Assembly: GCA_963778655.1 (NCBI GenBank)
Contig: CAVZVA010000010.1
Coordinates: 320,001 to 384,000, forward strand
Length of the DNA: 64,000 nt
Direction: 5' to 3'
Origin: an uncultured delta proteobacterium
GTDB taxonomy: Bacteria; Myxococcota_A; Polyangia; Polyangiales; JAFGIB01
Shown here: piece by piece, positions 29,897-42,196 of the stretch
How the letters are laid out: every line of letters begins with the position of its first letter
How positions within the stretch are numbered: the stretch's first letter is position 1
Program-made: the position numbers and the translations under genes
The notes under the pieces: model-generated
Database searches by the model: none
What the model saw: only the letters and a program-made list of their open reading frames with translations
What the model was told of the DNA's origin: nothing

Positions 29897-29962
29897 CAGG
29901 GAGGCGGGCAGTCGGATCAGAGGTTCTTCGATCTTCCCGTCTTGCCGCCTTCCTGTTGAATC
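29891..29962. repeat. REP-like imperfect palindrome (GGAAG family)
   Basis: GATTGACAGGGAGGCGGGCAG ... CTTCCCGTCTTGCCGCCTTCCTGTTGAATC; contains the MTase stop codon. Confidence 0.7.
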
Positions 29963-30007
29963 TTCAGAACAGCCACTCTCGATCGGAACGGCGACGCGCA
30001 GGCGATC

Positions 30008-31057
30008 GTGACGGCGTCAAATTTCTCGCGCCGCAGCGGCTTTTTTGACCCTGATTGCGGTAGCCCCGATCGTTGCTGCGTGAGCGCGGATGAGCGTGGG
30101 GAGCTGCGGGGGCAAGTGCTGGACGGGCGCTACCGCATCGGCCGTCGCGTGGGCCTGGGCGGCACCGGCGTGGTGTTCGAAGCGCTGTGCCTGCAGGACG
30201 GCGGGCGTCTGGCAGTCAAGACGCTGCGGCCCTGCTTCGTGAGCCATCCCGACCTCGGGCGGCGGTTGCGGCGCGAGGCCGAGGTCGCGCGGCGGGTACG
30301 CCATCCGGGCATCGTGCCGGTGCTCGACGAAGGTCTGATCGGGGACGGAACGCCCTACCTGGTGATGCCGCTGCTGCAAGGCGAGAGCCTGGCGCGCGTG
30401 CTGCTGCGGGCGCGGACCCTGCCTGCCGGTCAGGTGCACGCGATCGCCAGCCGCGTGGCGGCGATCTTGCACAGCGCCCATTGCGCCGGCTACGTGCACC
30501 GCGACGTCAAGCCCGAGCACGTGCTGCTCGACCTGAGCCCGAGCGGCGAGCTGCTGGTCTCGCTGCTCGACTTCGGCGTGTGCAGCGCCAAGGACGCGCC
30601 GCCCGAGGAGCGCCAGCGCGAGAAGGGCAAGGTGTTCGGCACGCCGAGCTACGTCTCGCCCGAGCAGGCCGCGGGCGAGACCGACGTGGACGCGCGCGCA
30701 GACCTGTTCTCGCTGGGGGTGCTGATGTTCGAGGCGCTCACCGGCAGACTGCCGTTCAGCGCGCCGAGCGTGTCGAAGCTGCTGCTGCGCATCATCCGCG
30801 AGGACGCACCGCGCGTGCGCGACGCCCTGCCCGAGATCGACCAAGCCACCGACGACCTGGTCGCACGCCTGCTCGCCCGCCACAAGCAGGACCGCTTCCC
30901 GTCCGCACGCGCGCTGGCACGAGCGCTCGCGCCCCATGTCGGCGAACGTGCGCTGATCGAGGCGCGCGTAGCACGCGAATTGCGGGTGGCCATCCCCAGC
31001 CGCGACGCTTCGATCTCCGACATGCCGACGAAGGTGCCGGTCCCGCGGGTGGCTTAA
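30008..31057 (+). CDS. Hanks-type Ser/Thr protein kinase, cytoplasmic (start may be GTG 30080)
   Basis: GLGGTGVV, AVK, HRDVKPEH, DFG, GTPSYVSPEQ, DLFSLG. Confidence 0.9.
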   Translation: MTASNFSRRSGFFDPDCGSPDRCCVSADERGELRGQVLDGRYRIGRRVGLGGTGVVFEALCLQDGGRLAVKTLRPCFVSHPDLGRRLRREAEVARRVRHPGIVPVLDEGLIGDGTPYLVMPLLQGESLARVLLRARTLPAGQVHAIASRVAAILHSAHCAGYVHRDVKPEHVLLDLSPSGELLVSLLDFGVCSAKDAPPEERQREKGKVFGTPSYVSPEQAAGETDVDARADLFSLGVLMFEALTGRLPFSAPSVSKLLLRIIREDAPRVRDALPEIDQATDDLVARLLARHKQDRFPSARALARALAPHVGERALIEARVARELRVAIPSRDASISDMPTKVPVPRVA

Positions 31058-31140
31058 GTTAACGGGAGGGTCACGCGACCCTCCCGCCCCGCCGGCAAAG
31101 CCGTCGGGGCCCCACCCTCCCGCGTGGGTCGCTGCGCTCC
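31058..31140. repeat. Structured two-hairpin dispersed element, copy 1
   Basis: 46/52 identity over the first 52 nt with 47821-47872, with compensatory changes in both stems. Confidence 0.8.
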
Positions 31141-31328
31141 CGCATCCTCGCTCCCGCGTGCGCTCACGTCGGGGCCCCACCCTCCCGCGTGGGTCGCTGC
31201 GCTCCCGCATCCTCGCTCCCGCGTGCGCTCACGTCGGGGCCCCACCCTCCCGCGTGGGTCGCTGCGCTCCCGCATCCTCGCTCCCGCGTGCGCTCACGTC
31301 GGGGCCCCACCCTCCCGCGTGGGTCGCT
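31102..31328. repeat. Perfect 65-bp tandem repeat, about 3.5 copies
   Basis: Units start at 31102, 31167, 31232 and 31297 (partial); all identical. Confidence 0.95.
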
Positions 31329-31331
31329 TGC

Positions 31332-31361
31332 TTGCGCTCTCTGCGCGGCAGACGGTACGAT
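31332..31361 (+). promoter_or_regulatory. Sigma70-like promoter candidate for the MCP gene
   Basis: TTGCGC-N18-TACGAT. Confidence 0.35.
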
Positions 31362-31395
31362 TGCGAACGCCCTCGCAGTCGACGGCGCGCCGAGC

Positions 31396-33090
31396 ATGCT
31401 CAACGACCTCCTGCAGAGCAAGAACGCGCCGGCCGCGTTGATCCTGGCGCTCGTCGGCGTCCTGCTGGCGGTGGTGCTGCCGGCGCTCACCCCCTTTCCG
31501 GGCTGGGCCGCGGGCTTCGTCGGGCTGACGATGGGCGCGATCGCGGGGGTGCTGGGCATGCAGGGACGCGGCGCCAACCGCGACGAGCTGCTGGCGATCC
31601 GCACCGGGGTCAAGGCCGCGCAGCGCGGCGAGCGCGCCTCCCGCCCGGCCGGCATCTCGCATGACGTGGCCGAGGTGTTCAACGCCAGCGACGACCTGGC
31701 GGCCGAGATCGAGGGCCGCCATCAGCGAGCCAAGGAGACCGAGGCTGCAGTCGAACGGCTCAAGCTTGAGCTCGAGCAGCGCACCGACCAGCTCGGCGGA
31801 CTGAGCCAGGAGCTCGGGCGGGTGATGGACGCGCTGGCGTCGGGGCTGGTCGATCAGGCCGCCTCGATCGAACAGGTGGCCGGCTCGATGCAGAAGACGG
31901 CGAGCGTGCTGGCGTCGGTGTCGGAGAGCGTGGAGCAGCTCGCGAACAGCTCGGAGGAGAGCTCGTCCTCGATCCTGCAGATGAAGACCACCAGCGACGA
32001 GGTGGCGACCAACATGAGCACGCTGGCCGCGAGCGTGCGCGACACGGTGTCCTCGATCGAGGAGATGGCTTACAGCATCAAGGAGGTCGCGCGCAACGTC
32101 GACGCGTTGTCGTTGATGGCCGAGGAGACCTCCTCCTCGATGACCGAGATGGACGTCTCCATCGACCAGGTGCAGAGCAACGCCAACCAGACGGCGCGTC
32201 TGTCGGAGCAGGTCGCGGTGGACGCCGAGCGCGGCGCGGACGCGATCAGCCGCACGATTCACGAGATCAACCGCATCAAGGAGTCCTCGTCGGACGCGGT
32301 GCAGGCGATCATGTCGCTGGGCACGCGGATCGAGGCGATCGGCGAGATCCTCAACGTGATCGACGACGTGGCCGAGCAGACCAATCTGCTGGCGCTAAAC
32401 GCTGCGATCATCGCCGCCCAGGCCGGCGAGTACGGCAAGGGCTTCGCGGTGGTGGCCGACGAGATCAAGGAGCTGGCGGAGCGCTCGGCAACCTCGACCA
32501 AGGAGATCGCGGCGCTGATCAAGACCATCCAGACCCAGACCAAGGATGCGATCCAGGCGGTGGAGCGCGGCGCCTCGACCGTCGATCGCGGGGTGGAGGT
32601 CTCGGCGGAGGCCGAGCTGGCGCTCAAGAAGATCCTGGATTCGTCGCAGAAATCGACCACCATGGTGGGCGCGATCGCGCGCGCGACGGTGGAGCAGGCC
32701 AAGGGCAGCAAGCAGGTGACGGACGCGATCGGGCGCATCGCGCAGACCGTACAGCAGATCGCGTCGGCCACCGCGGAGCAGGCGCGCGGCTCGGAGCTGA
32801 TCATGACGAGCGCCGAGAAGATGCGTGTGGTGACCCAACAGGTCGAGCGCAGCCAGCAGGAGCAGTCGCACGGCAGCCGCCACATCTCGGCCGCGATGGA
32901 GAACATCTCGCGCATGGTGCAGACGCTGCACAAGGCGCAGCGCAGCCAGACCCACGCCACCGAGGAGACGGCCCGCGTGGTCGAGCGGCTGCGCGAGCAG
33001 ATGCGCGAGCACGAGCGGCGCCTGACCGCGGCGACCGCGGTCGCCGACCGCCTGCAGCGCCAGAGCCACCGCGGCGGCGACAGCGGCTGA
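31396..33090 (+). CDS. Methyl-accepting chemotaxis protein
   Basis: [35 protein letters not shown] hairpin tip; two N-terminal TM helices. Confidence 0.95.
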   Translation: MLNDLLQSKNAPAALILALVGVLLAVVLPALTPFPGWAAGFVGLTMGAIAGVLGMQGRGANRDELLAIRTGVKAAQRGERASRPAGISHDVAEVFNASDDLAAEIEGRHQRAKETEAAVERLKLELEQRTDQLGGLSQELGRVMDALASGLVDQAASIEQVAGSMQKTASVLASVSESVEQLANSSEESSSSILQMKTTSDEVATNMSTLAASVRDTVSSIEEMAYSIKEVARNVDALSLMAEETSSSMTEMDVSIDQVQSNANQTARLSEQVAVDAERGADAISRTIHEINRIKESSSDAVQAIMSLGTRIEAIGEILNVIDDVAEQTNLLALNAAIIAAQAGEYGKGFAVVADEIKELAERSATSTKEIAALIKTIQTQTKDAIQAVERGASTVDRGVEVSAEAELALKKILDSSQKSTTMVGAIARATVEQAKGSKQVTDAIGRIAQTVQQIASATAEQARGSELIMTSAEKMRVVTQQVERSQQEQSHGSRHISAAMENISRMVQTLHKAQRSQTHATEETARVVERLREQMREHERRLTAATAVADRLQRQSHRGGDSG

Positions 33091-33110
33091 CGCGGACCGA
33101 TCAGCGCCCC

Positions 33111-33171
33111 GAACAAGGACCGGGAAGAGGGTAAGCACCAAGTGCCCTTCCTTCCCGTGTTCCTTTGATTC
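33111..33171. repeat. Imperfect palindrome between convergent genes (GGAAG-family variant or terminator)
   Basis: AAGGACCGGGAAGAGGG ... CCCTTCCTTCCCGTGTTCCTT followed by a T-rich tail on the + strand. Confidence 0.5.
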
Positions 33172-33204
33172 TTCTTCTGGACAGCTCTCCGAACCGGCGC
33201 TGAC

Positions 33205-34017
33205 TTACCGCGCGCGCGGCAGCACCAGCTCCAGCACGGCCTTGGCGAAGCCCTCCTCGGTGTTGGGCGCGGTGACGTGGTGCGCCCGCTGCTGCACCTC
33301 GGGGCCGGCGTTGCCCATCGCGATGCTCAACCCGCTGGCTTCGAACATCATCACGTCGTTCTGCATGTCGCCGATGGTGGCGATCTGCCCGGGCGGCACC
33401 GCGAGCGAGCGCGCCAGGTGCTCGACCACCGCGCCCTTGTTGGCGTCGCGGTGCGTGACATCCAGATAGTAGGGCTGCGAGCGGGCCGCGGAGATCGGAA
33501 AGTCCAGCGCTTGCGCGTCCGCCTCGCAGCGCTCCATGGCCTCGGGGTCATCGCTCACGCCCACGATCTTGACCGCCTGCTTGAGCAACTCGCTCAGGTC
33601 GCGTACCACGCGTGGCGCGAACTCGACCGTGTCCGCCTCGTGCGCGACGTGCGGCGCACGAGGGTCCCGCACGTACCATTCGGTACCGTGATACACCCAC
33701 ACGTCGAGGCCGTGACCGTGCAACAACTCAGCCGCGGCCGAGGCGGCCTCGGGCGCGATGCAGAGCTGCTCGAGCACGCCCAGATCGGGGCGCACGAACA
33801 TGCCGCCGTTGAAGGCAGCCAGCGGCGTGGTCAGCTCGAGCGGTTCGACCAGCATGCGCATGCCGCGTGGCGGCCGGCCACTGGTGAGCGCGATCTGCAC
33901 GCCGGCGGCGCGCAGGCGCGCCACGGCGTCCACCGCGCGCGGCGTCAGCTGCTTGTCGGGAGTCAGCAGGGTTCCATCGACATCGGCGATCAGCAGTCGG
34001 ACCGGCGCGCCGCTCAT
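33205..34017 (-). CDS. Cof-type HAD-IIB hydrolase
   Basis: DVDGTL, SGRP, NKG, IGDMQND, AMGNA motifs; ATGA overlap with tal/pgi. Confidence 0.9.
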   Translation of the reverse strand: MSGAPVRLLIADVDGTLLTPDKQLTPRAVDAVARLRAAGVQIALTSGRPPRGMRMLVEPLELTTPLAAFNGGMFVRPDLGVLEQLCIAPEAASAAAELLHGHGLDVWVYHGTEWYVRDPRAPHVAHEADTVEFAPRVVRDLSELLKQAVKIVGVSDDPEAMERCEADAQALDFPISAARSQPYYLDVTHRDANKGAVVEHLARSLAVPPGQIATIGDMQNDVMMFEASGLSIAMGNAGPEVQQRAHHVTAPNTEEGFAKAVLELVLPRAR

Positions 34018-36857
34018 TCGAGCGCCTCGCGCAGCGCGAGCAGCAGAGCGTCGAGCCCCGCGGCGGGGTCTGCGCCCAGGTGCACCCCCAGCACGCGCCG
34101 CCCGCGCTCGGCGAGCACGCGAAAGTCGCCGCGCGCCTGCGCCTGTTTGACCACGCCGAAGGTGGACTTGCGCCCGGGCACGGCCAAGTCCTCGGGGTTG
34201 TCGCCGACCATGTGCAGAAACACGCCGCTGGCCGGCCCGCCCTTGTAGGCCTGGCCCGTGGAGTGTAGGAAGCGCGGTCCGAAGCCCACGCAGGTGGCCA
34301 CGTGAAGGCGGTCGCGCAGCAGGCTGCGCATGGCGGCGAGCCGCTCCTCGTGGGGCGCGCTGCGGGCGATCCAACCGAGCAGCCCCATGTAGTCTCCGGG
34401 CTTCACCTGCTTGATCCAGGCTCGCAGGCAGCCGCGCAGCGTGCGATCGCCCGCCAGATCCCGCTCGATACGCGCGCGGTTGGGCTCATCCGCGAACAGG
34501 TCGATCGGAGCCTGCTGCAGGAAATAGCTCTCGGGCTCCAGCCTGCCGCTCTGCTCGTACTCGTCGGTGAGCTTGCGGGCCTGCACCTTGCTGGCCTCCA
34601 CGTCGGGCTGGTCGAAGGGATTGAGGCCCAGGATCGCCCCGGCCACGGCCGTGGCGATCTCCCAGCGGAATAGCTCCTGCCCGAGGTCATAGGCCTCGCC
34701 CAGCTGCAACTGCACCACCGGATGGCCGGCCTGGGCGAGCGCCTCGAGCGCGGCGTCCTGCGCCGCATCGACCGCGCCGTCCAGGCGCAGGTACGCGAAC
34801 ACCCGATCGCCACCGTACACCGTGGGCGCGCCCAGCGGCTCGCCGTCGACCGGGATCAAGCCCTTGCCGTGCTTGCCGGTGGACTCCGCGAGCAGTTGCT
34901 CGAGCCAGGCGCCGAGCGGGCGCAGCGGCGGCGAGGCGACCAGCGTGACCTTGTCGCGGCCGTGCTTGGCGCACACGCCCAGCAGCGTGCCGAGCACCAC
35001 GCCCGGATTCAGCTCGGGCGGCACGCACGGGCCGCAGGCGTGCACCATGCGCAGCGTGCGCTCGAGAAAGCCGCGCACGTCGAGCTGCGCGGCGGCCGCG
35101 GGCCCGAGGCCGAAGGGCGAGAGCGCGGAATAACGTCCGCCGATGCCGGGCACGCCGAGAAGCACGCGCGCGTAGCCGCGCTCGCGGGCCACGCGCTCCA
35201 GTGCCGAGCCCGGATCGGTGATCGCGATGAAGCTCGCCGCGGCCTGCTGCGCGCCGACGCGCGCGGACAGGCGTCCGAAGAAGTAGTCGGCGAACAGGTT
35301 TGGCTCGAGCGTCGAGCCCGACTTGCTCGAGACGATGAACAGCGTGCGCTCGAGCTCGAGCCCGGCTTCGAAGGCGCGCACCTCGTCGGGGTCGGTCGAG
35401 TCCAGCACCACCAGCCGCGGCGCTCCGCGCGGGGGCGCGAAGACCTGCGACAGCACATCGGGGAACAGGCTCGAGCCGCCCATCCCGAGCACCGCCACGT
35501 GCGTCGGCGCGCGCTCGCGCACGCTCCTGGCGAACGCCAGCAGGTCGTCGAGGTCGGACAGCTCGGCGTCCGCCACCTGTAGCCAGTCGAGCCAGCGGCC
35601 CTCGTCCTTCGACGTCCACAGCGTGGCGTCGCGCTCCCACAGCCGGCGCGCCTTGCCTTGCTCGCGCCACTCTCGCAGGGTCGCGTCGAGCTCGCCCGCG
35701 ATCGGCGAAGGGGCGCGCACCTGGGTGCGGTCGAGCAACGCCCCCAGCAAACCGCGACGCCGGCGCTCGAGCGCAGCCATCAGCTTGTCGTAGGAGCCGG
35801 CGAACTTCGCCACGCCCTCTTCGAGCAGGCGATCGGTCACCGCGTCGAGCGAGATCCCGGAGGCATCGAGCTCTGCGAGCACGCGCTCGGCCTCGTCCAT
35901 GTGCTCGTCCAGCGTGGGACGCACGCGGCCGTGGTCCTTGAACGCCGCCAGCGTCGCGGGGGGCACGGTGTCGACGGTGTCGGCGCCGATCAACGACTCG
36001 ACGTAGAGCACGTCGCTCATGCGCGGGTCCTTCACGCTGGTGCTGGCAAACAGGATGCGCTGGGGCCGCGCGCCGGCCTGGGCCAGCCGTTGGAAGCGAG
36101 CGCCCGCGCAGAGCTCGCGAAACGCGCGGTAGATGCGCTTGGCGTTGGCGATGCCGACCTTGCCGCGCAGGCCGAGCAGCTGCTCGCGGCGCTCTTGCGG
36201 CTCGTCCTTGGCGCGGGACTCGAGCATGGGGTCGACCAGCACGTCGAAGCGGCTGACGAAGATGCTGGCCACGCTGGCCAGCCCTCGCAGCTCGCCGCCC
36301 TGCTTGCGAAAGGCCTCGAGGCCGCCCAGGTACGCCTCGGCCACCTGCTCGTAGGAGCTCCTGGCGAACATCAGCGTGACGTTGACGTTGATGCCCTCGC
36401 CGAGCAGCTGGCGAATCGCCGGGATGCCCTCGGGCGTTGCCGGCACCTTGATCATCACGTTCGGGCGGCCGAGCAGCTTCCACAGCCGGCGCGCCTCGGC
36501 GATCGTGGCTTGGGTGTCGTGCGCGAGCGCGGGCGAGACCTCGAGGGAGGCGTAGCCGTCGGCCTGCTCGCTGGCCTGGTAGACCGCACGCAGCGCGTCG
36601 GCCGCGCCTTGGATGTCCTCGACCGCCAACGTCTCGTACAGCTCGGAGGCGCTGCGGTCCTGTTGCTGCTCGAGCGCGCGCAACGCTTCGTCGTAGTCGC
36701 TCGAGCCACCGATCGCGTGCTCGAAGATGGTCGGGTTGGAGGTCACCCCGCGAACGCCGTCTTCGCGGATCAGCCGTGCGAGCTCCCCGCTCGTCAGCAG
36801 TTGGCGCCGCATGTAGTCGAGCCACAGAGATTGACCGAGGTCGTGCAGGGCGGGCAT
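34014..36857 (-). CDS. tal: Bifunctional transaldolase / glucose-6-phosphate isomerase
   Basis: GVTSNPTIF, NVMIKVP, NVNVTL (transaldolase); GMGGSSL, SSKSGSTLE, GGRYSAL, EQLLAESTGK, NPFDQPDVE (PGI). Confidence 0.92.
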   Translation of the reverse strand: MPALHDLGQSLWLDYMRRQLLTSGELARLIREDGVRGVTSNPTIFEHAIGGSSDYDEALRALEQQQDRSASELYETLAVEDIQGAADALRAVYQASEQADGYASLEVSPALAHDTQATIAEARRLWKLLGRPNVMIKVPATPEGIPAIRQLLGEGINVNVTLMFARSSYEQVAEAYLGGLEAFRKQGGELRGLASVASIFVSRFDVLVDPMLESRAKDEPQERREQLLGLRGKVGIANAKRIYRAFRELCAGARFQRLAQAGARPQRILFASTSVKDPRMSDVLYVESLIGADTVDTVPPATLAAFKDHGRVRPTLDEHMDEAERVLAELDASGISLDAVTDRLLEEGVAKFAGSYDKLMAALERRRRGLLGALLDRTQVRAPSPIAGELDATLREWREQGKARRLWERDATLWTSKDEGRWLDWLQVADAELSDLDDLLAFARSVRERAPTHVAVLGMGGSSLFPDVLSQVFAPPRGAPRLVVLDSTDPDEVRAFEAGLELERTLFIVSSKSGSTLEPNLFADYFFGRLSARVGAQQAAASFIAITDPGSALERVARERGYARVLLGVPGIGGRYSALSPFGLGPAAAAQLDVRGFLERTLRMVHACGPCVPPELNPGVVLGTLLGVCAKHGRDKVTLVASPPLRPLGAWLEQLLAESTGKHGKGLIPVDGEPLGAPTVYGGDRVFAYLRLDGAVDAAQDAALEALAQAGHPVVQLQLGEAYDLGQELFRWEIATAVAGAILGLNPFDQPDVEASKVQARKLTDEYEQSGRLEPESYFLQQAPIDLFADEPNRARIERDLAGDRTLRGCLRAWIKQVKPGDYMGLLGWIARSAPHEERLAAMRSLLRDRLHVATCVGFGPRFLHSTGQAYKGGPASGVFLHMVGDNPEDLAVPGRKSTFGVVKQAQARGDFRVLAERGRRVLGVHLGADPAAGLDALLLALREALE

Positions 36858-36909
36858 GGCTTGCTTGCTCCTTGTTTGGCTTCAGGTTGCGAGAGCACCG
36901 AATAGCTGC

Positions 36910-38973
<2,064 letters not shown>

Positions 38974-39015
38974 GCGGTCCTCCTGCCAGCCGGCGGCGCG
39001 CGCTGGCTCGATCGG

Positions 39016-40392
39016 CTAGCCCCCGCCCACCGAGGGCGCGGGGTCGTGCCACGCGCCGAAACCGTCGAGCAGGGGGGCCGCTTCCTCCGGGCCCCAGGTT
39101 CCGGGCTCGTAGACGTGCAACGGTGGCGAGCTCGCCAGCACCTCGTCGACCACATTCCACTCGGCTTCGACCCCGTCCTCGGTGGCGAACAGATCGTTGT
39201 CGCCTTCCAGCGCGGCGCCGATCAGGCGCTCGTACGCCATCATGTGGGTGTGCGAATCGCTGTGCGCGAGCAGCTCGATCGGCATGCCCTTCATCTGCTC
39301 GCCGGGCTGCTTGGCGCGCATACCGAGCGCGATCTCGACGTCGGGCCCGAGTCGCGAGCGCAGGTAGGTGGCGCCCTCGGGCACCACATCGCCGAGCGCC
39401 GGGCGCGCCGCGCGCGTGAAGATCACCCGCGCCTCAGTGGCGGTGACCGGCATGCACTTGCCGGCACGGATGAAGAACGGCACGCCGGCCCAGCGCGCGT
39501 TGTCGATGAAGAGCCGCACCGCGCAATAGGTCTCGACGCCCGAGCCCGGCTTCACGCCCGGCTCGTCGCGATAACCGCGGAACTGGCCGCGCACCAAGTC
39601 CTCGGCGCGCAGCGGCATGATGGCGCGGATCACGCGCGAGCGCTCCTCGCGCAGCGGCACGCCGCGCGAGGGCGGGTCCATCGCCAGCGTGGCCACCACC
39701 TGCAGCAGGTGGTTCTGCAGCACGTCGCGCACTGCGCCCACCTGATCGTAGAACGCGCCGCGCCCCTGTACGCCGAACGACTCGGCCATGGTGATCTGCA
39801 CGCTCCGCACGAAGTGGCGGTGCCATAGCGGCTCAAAGATGGAATTGGCGAAGCGAAAGTAGCTCAGGTTCTCGACCGCCTCCTTGCCCAAGAAGTGATC
39901 GATGCGGAACACGGCTTGCTCGTCGAACACCTCGAGGATGGTGCGGTTGAGCGCGCGCGCCGATTCGAGATCGCGGCCGAAGGGCTTCTCCACCACCAGC
40001 CGCCCGCCCTTGGCGCACGCGGTGTGGCTCAGCGAGCGCACCACGTTCGCGAACAGCACGGGCGGAATCGCCATATAGTAGAGCGGGTGCTGGGCCGTGC
40101 CGAGCGCGCTGCGCAGGCGCTCGAAGGTGCTCATGTCCTGGTAGTCGCCGCCGACGTAGCCCATCAGCGAACAGAGCCTGTCGGCCGTGGCGGCATCGCC
40201 GTCGCCGTGCTCGCGCAGGCTGGCGCGCGCGCGCTCGGTCAGCCGCTGCAGGTTCCAGCCCTCGCGGGCCACGCCGATGATGGGGACCTGCAGCAGTCCG
40301 CTGCCGACCAGCCGGCCCAGCGCCGGAAAGATCTTCTTGTAGGCCAGGTCTCCGGTGGCGCCGAAGAAAACGAACGCGTCGGCAGGAGTCAT
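39016..40392 (-). CDS. zwf: Glucose-6-phosphate 1-dehydrogenase
   Basis: [27 protein letters not shown]. Confidence 0.95.
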   Translation of the reverse strand: MTPADAFVFFGATGDLAYKKIFPALGRLVGSGLLQVPIIGVAREGWNLQRLTERARASLREHGDGDAATADRLCSLMGYVGGDYQDMSTFERLRSALGTAQHPLYYMAIPPVLFANVVRSLSHTACAKGGRLVVEKPFGRDLESARALNRTILEVFDEQAVFRIDHFLGKEAVENLSYFRFANSIFEPLWHRHFVRSVQITMAESFGVQGRGAFYDQVGAVRDVLQNHLLQVVATLAMDPPSRGVPLREERSRVIRAIMPLRAEDLVRGQFRGYRDEPGVKPGSGVETYCAVRLFIDNARWAGVPFFIRAGKCMPVTATEARVIFTRAARPALGDVVPEGATYLRSRLGPDVEIALGMRAKQPGEQMKGMPIELLAHSDSHTHMMAYERLIGAALEGDNDLFATEDGVEAEWNVVDEVLASSPPLHVYEPGTWGPEEAAPLLDGFGAWHDPAPSVGGG

Positions 40393-41408
40393 GATTTCTT
40401 TTCCACGTGTCCGCCGAACTCCCCGCGCATCGCCGACAGCAGCTTGTCGGCAAACTGCTGCTGCCCGCGCGAGGCGAAGCGCTGGGCCAACGCCACGCTC
40501 AGCACCGGCGCCGGCACGCCCTCGTCGATCGCGGCCGCCAGCGTCCAGCGCCCCTCGCCGGAGTCCGAGACCCGGCCGGCGAAGCCCGCGAGCTCGGGGT
40601 CCGCGAGCAGAGCGTGCGCGGTCAGATCGAGCAGCCACGACTGCACCACGCTGCCGCGGCGCCACAGCTCGCTGATCGCGGCCAGATCGAGCTCGTATTG
40701 ATACAGCTCGGGCCTCCGCAGCGGGGTGGTCTCCGCGTCGATCTCGCGATCGCGTTTGCCCTCACCGGCGTGGCGCAGGATGTTCAGGCCCTCGGCGTAC
40801 GCGGCCATCAGCCCGTACTCGATGCCGTTGTGAACCATCTTGACGAAGTGGCCCGCACCCGGCGGCCCGCAGTGCAGGTAGCCCTTCTCGGCCGTGGACG
40901 CGCGCTGCTCGCGGCCCTGCGTGCGCGGCGCCGCGGCGATTCCCGGTGCCAGCGTCTCGAAGATCGGGTCGAGCCGACCGACCGCCTGCTCGGCGCCGCC
41001 GATCATCAGGCAGTAGCCGCGCTCACGCCCCCACACGCCGCCGGAGACGCCGGCGTCGAGGTAGTGGATGCCGTGCTCGGCGAGCGCGCGCGCGCGGGCG
41101 ATATCGTCGTGGTAGTACGAGTTGCCGCCGTCCACGACCACGTCATCGGCCTCGAGCAGCGGAACCAGCTCGTCGAGCGCGCGCTGCACCACGGCCGCGG
41201 GCAGCATCAGCCACACCGCGCGCGGCTTGTGCAGCTGCTTGACCAGGTCCGCCAGCGAGCGCGCGCCGATCGCGCCCTCTTTCTCCATCGCGGCAACCGC
41301 GTCGTGCGAGACGTCGTGCACCACGCAGGCGTGCCCGCCGGCGATCAGCCGCCGCGCCATATTGGCCCCCATCCTGCCCATTCCGACCATGCCGATGCGC
41401 ATCTGCAT
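40389..41408 (-). CDS. gnd: 6-phosphogluconate dehydrogenase (short YqeC-type)
   Basis: [35 protein letters not shown]. Confidence 0.95.
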   Translation of the reverse strand: MQMRIGMVGMGRMGANMARRLIAGGHACVVHDVSHDAVAAMEKEGAIGARSLADLVKQLHKPRAVWLMLPAAVVQRALDELVPLLEADDVVVDGGNSYYHDDIARARALAEHGIHYLDAGVSGGVWGRERGYCLMIGGAEQAVGRLDPIFETLAPGIAAAPRTQGREQRASTAEKGYLHCGPPGAGHFVKMVHNGIEYGLMAAYAEGLNILRHAGEGKRDREIDAETTPLRRPELYQYELDLAAISELWRRGSVVQSWLLDLTAHALLADPELAGFAGRVSDSGEGRWTLAAAIDEGVPAPVLSVALAQRFASRGQQQFADKLLSAMRGEFGGHVEKKS

Positions 41409-41470
41409 TCCTTTCTGCCCGGGTCAGCCCGCGGCCCCGCTGTGGCTCGAGCACGCGAGCGCGAGCGCGT

Positions 41471-42196
41471 TCACGCGTGCCCCCGCATGGTTTGGATGTG
41501 GCGGACCTCGGCGTCGTCGCCCACGAACAGGTCGGTCGCCAGCCCGAGAAAGAGCCCGTGCGCGGCGATGCCGGCGCGGGCGTCGAGCACCGCGGCCAGT
41601 GAGGGAGCATCCGCCAGCGGGCCGAAGTGACAGTCGAAGATCAGGTTGCCGCCATCGCTGCGGAAAGGCTCCGCTCCGGCCAGGCGCAGCTCGGGCTCGG
41701 CGCCCAACCCGCGCAGGAAGCGCTCCTGCGCGCGCCAGCCGAACGGCAGCACCTCCACCGGCAGCGCGCTATGGGTGCCGAGCTTGGGCGAGAGCTTGCT
41801 GGCGTCCACCACGATCACCTCGCGCTGGCTCGCCTGCGCGACCATCTTCTCGCGCAGCAGCGCGCCGCCGCGCCCCTTGATCAGATCGAGCTCCGGATCG
41901 ACCTCGTCCGCGCCGTCGATGGTGATGTCGATGGCGGGCGCGTCGCTGAGCGCAACCGGACGCAGCCCGAGCGCGCGCGCCAGCTCGGCCACCGCCTCGG
42001 CGCAGGGAACGAACTCGCAGCCGGCGAGCCTGCCTGCGCGCGCCAGCTCGCCGATGCGCGCCACGGCCAGGGCAGCCGTGCTGCCGGCCCCGAGCCCCAC
42101 CACCATGCCGGGCTCCACCAGCTCCACCGCACGCTCGGCTGCCTGGCGTTTGGCCGCCTGACGCGGGTCCAGACCGGCACCGGGCACCGAGGTCAC
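41471..42196 (-). CDS. rpiA: Ribose-5-phosphate isomerase A
   Basis: [26 protein letters not shown]. Confidence 0.95.
   Translation of the reverse strand: MTSVPGAGLDPRQAAKRQAAERAVELVEPGMVVGLGAGSTAALAVARIGELARAGRLAGCEFVPCAEAVAELARALGLRPVALSDAPAIDITIDGADEVDPELDLIKGRGGALLREKMVAQASQREVIVVDASKLSPKLGTHSALPVEVLPFGWRAQERFLRGLGAEPELRLAGAEPFRSDGGNLIFDCHFGPLADAPSLAAVLDARAGIAAHGLFLGLATDLFVGDDAEVRHIQTMRGHA

Noticed and set aside
28613..31057. MTase plus kinase as a BREX/Pgl-type defence system
   Set aside because: No PglZ, ATPase or nuclease is present, the kinase is a plain Hanks domain, and a repeat separates the two genes.
31102..31328. CRISPR array
   Set aside because: Units are fully identical with no unique spacers, and there are no cas genes in the window.
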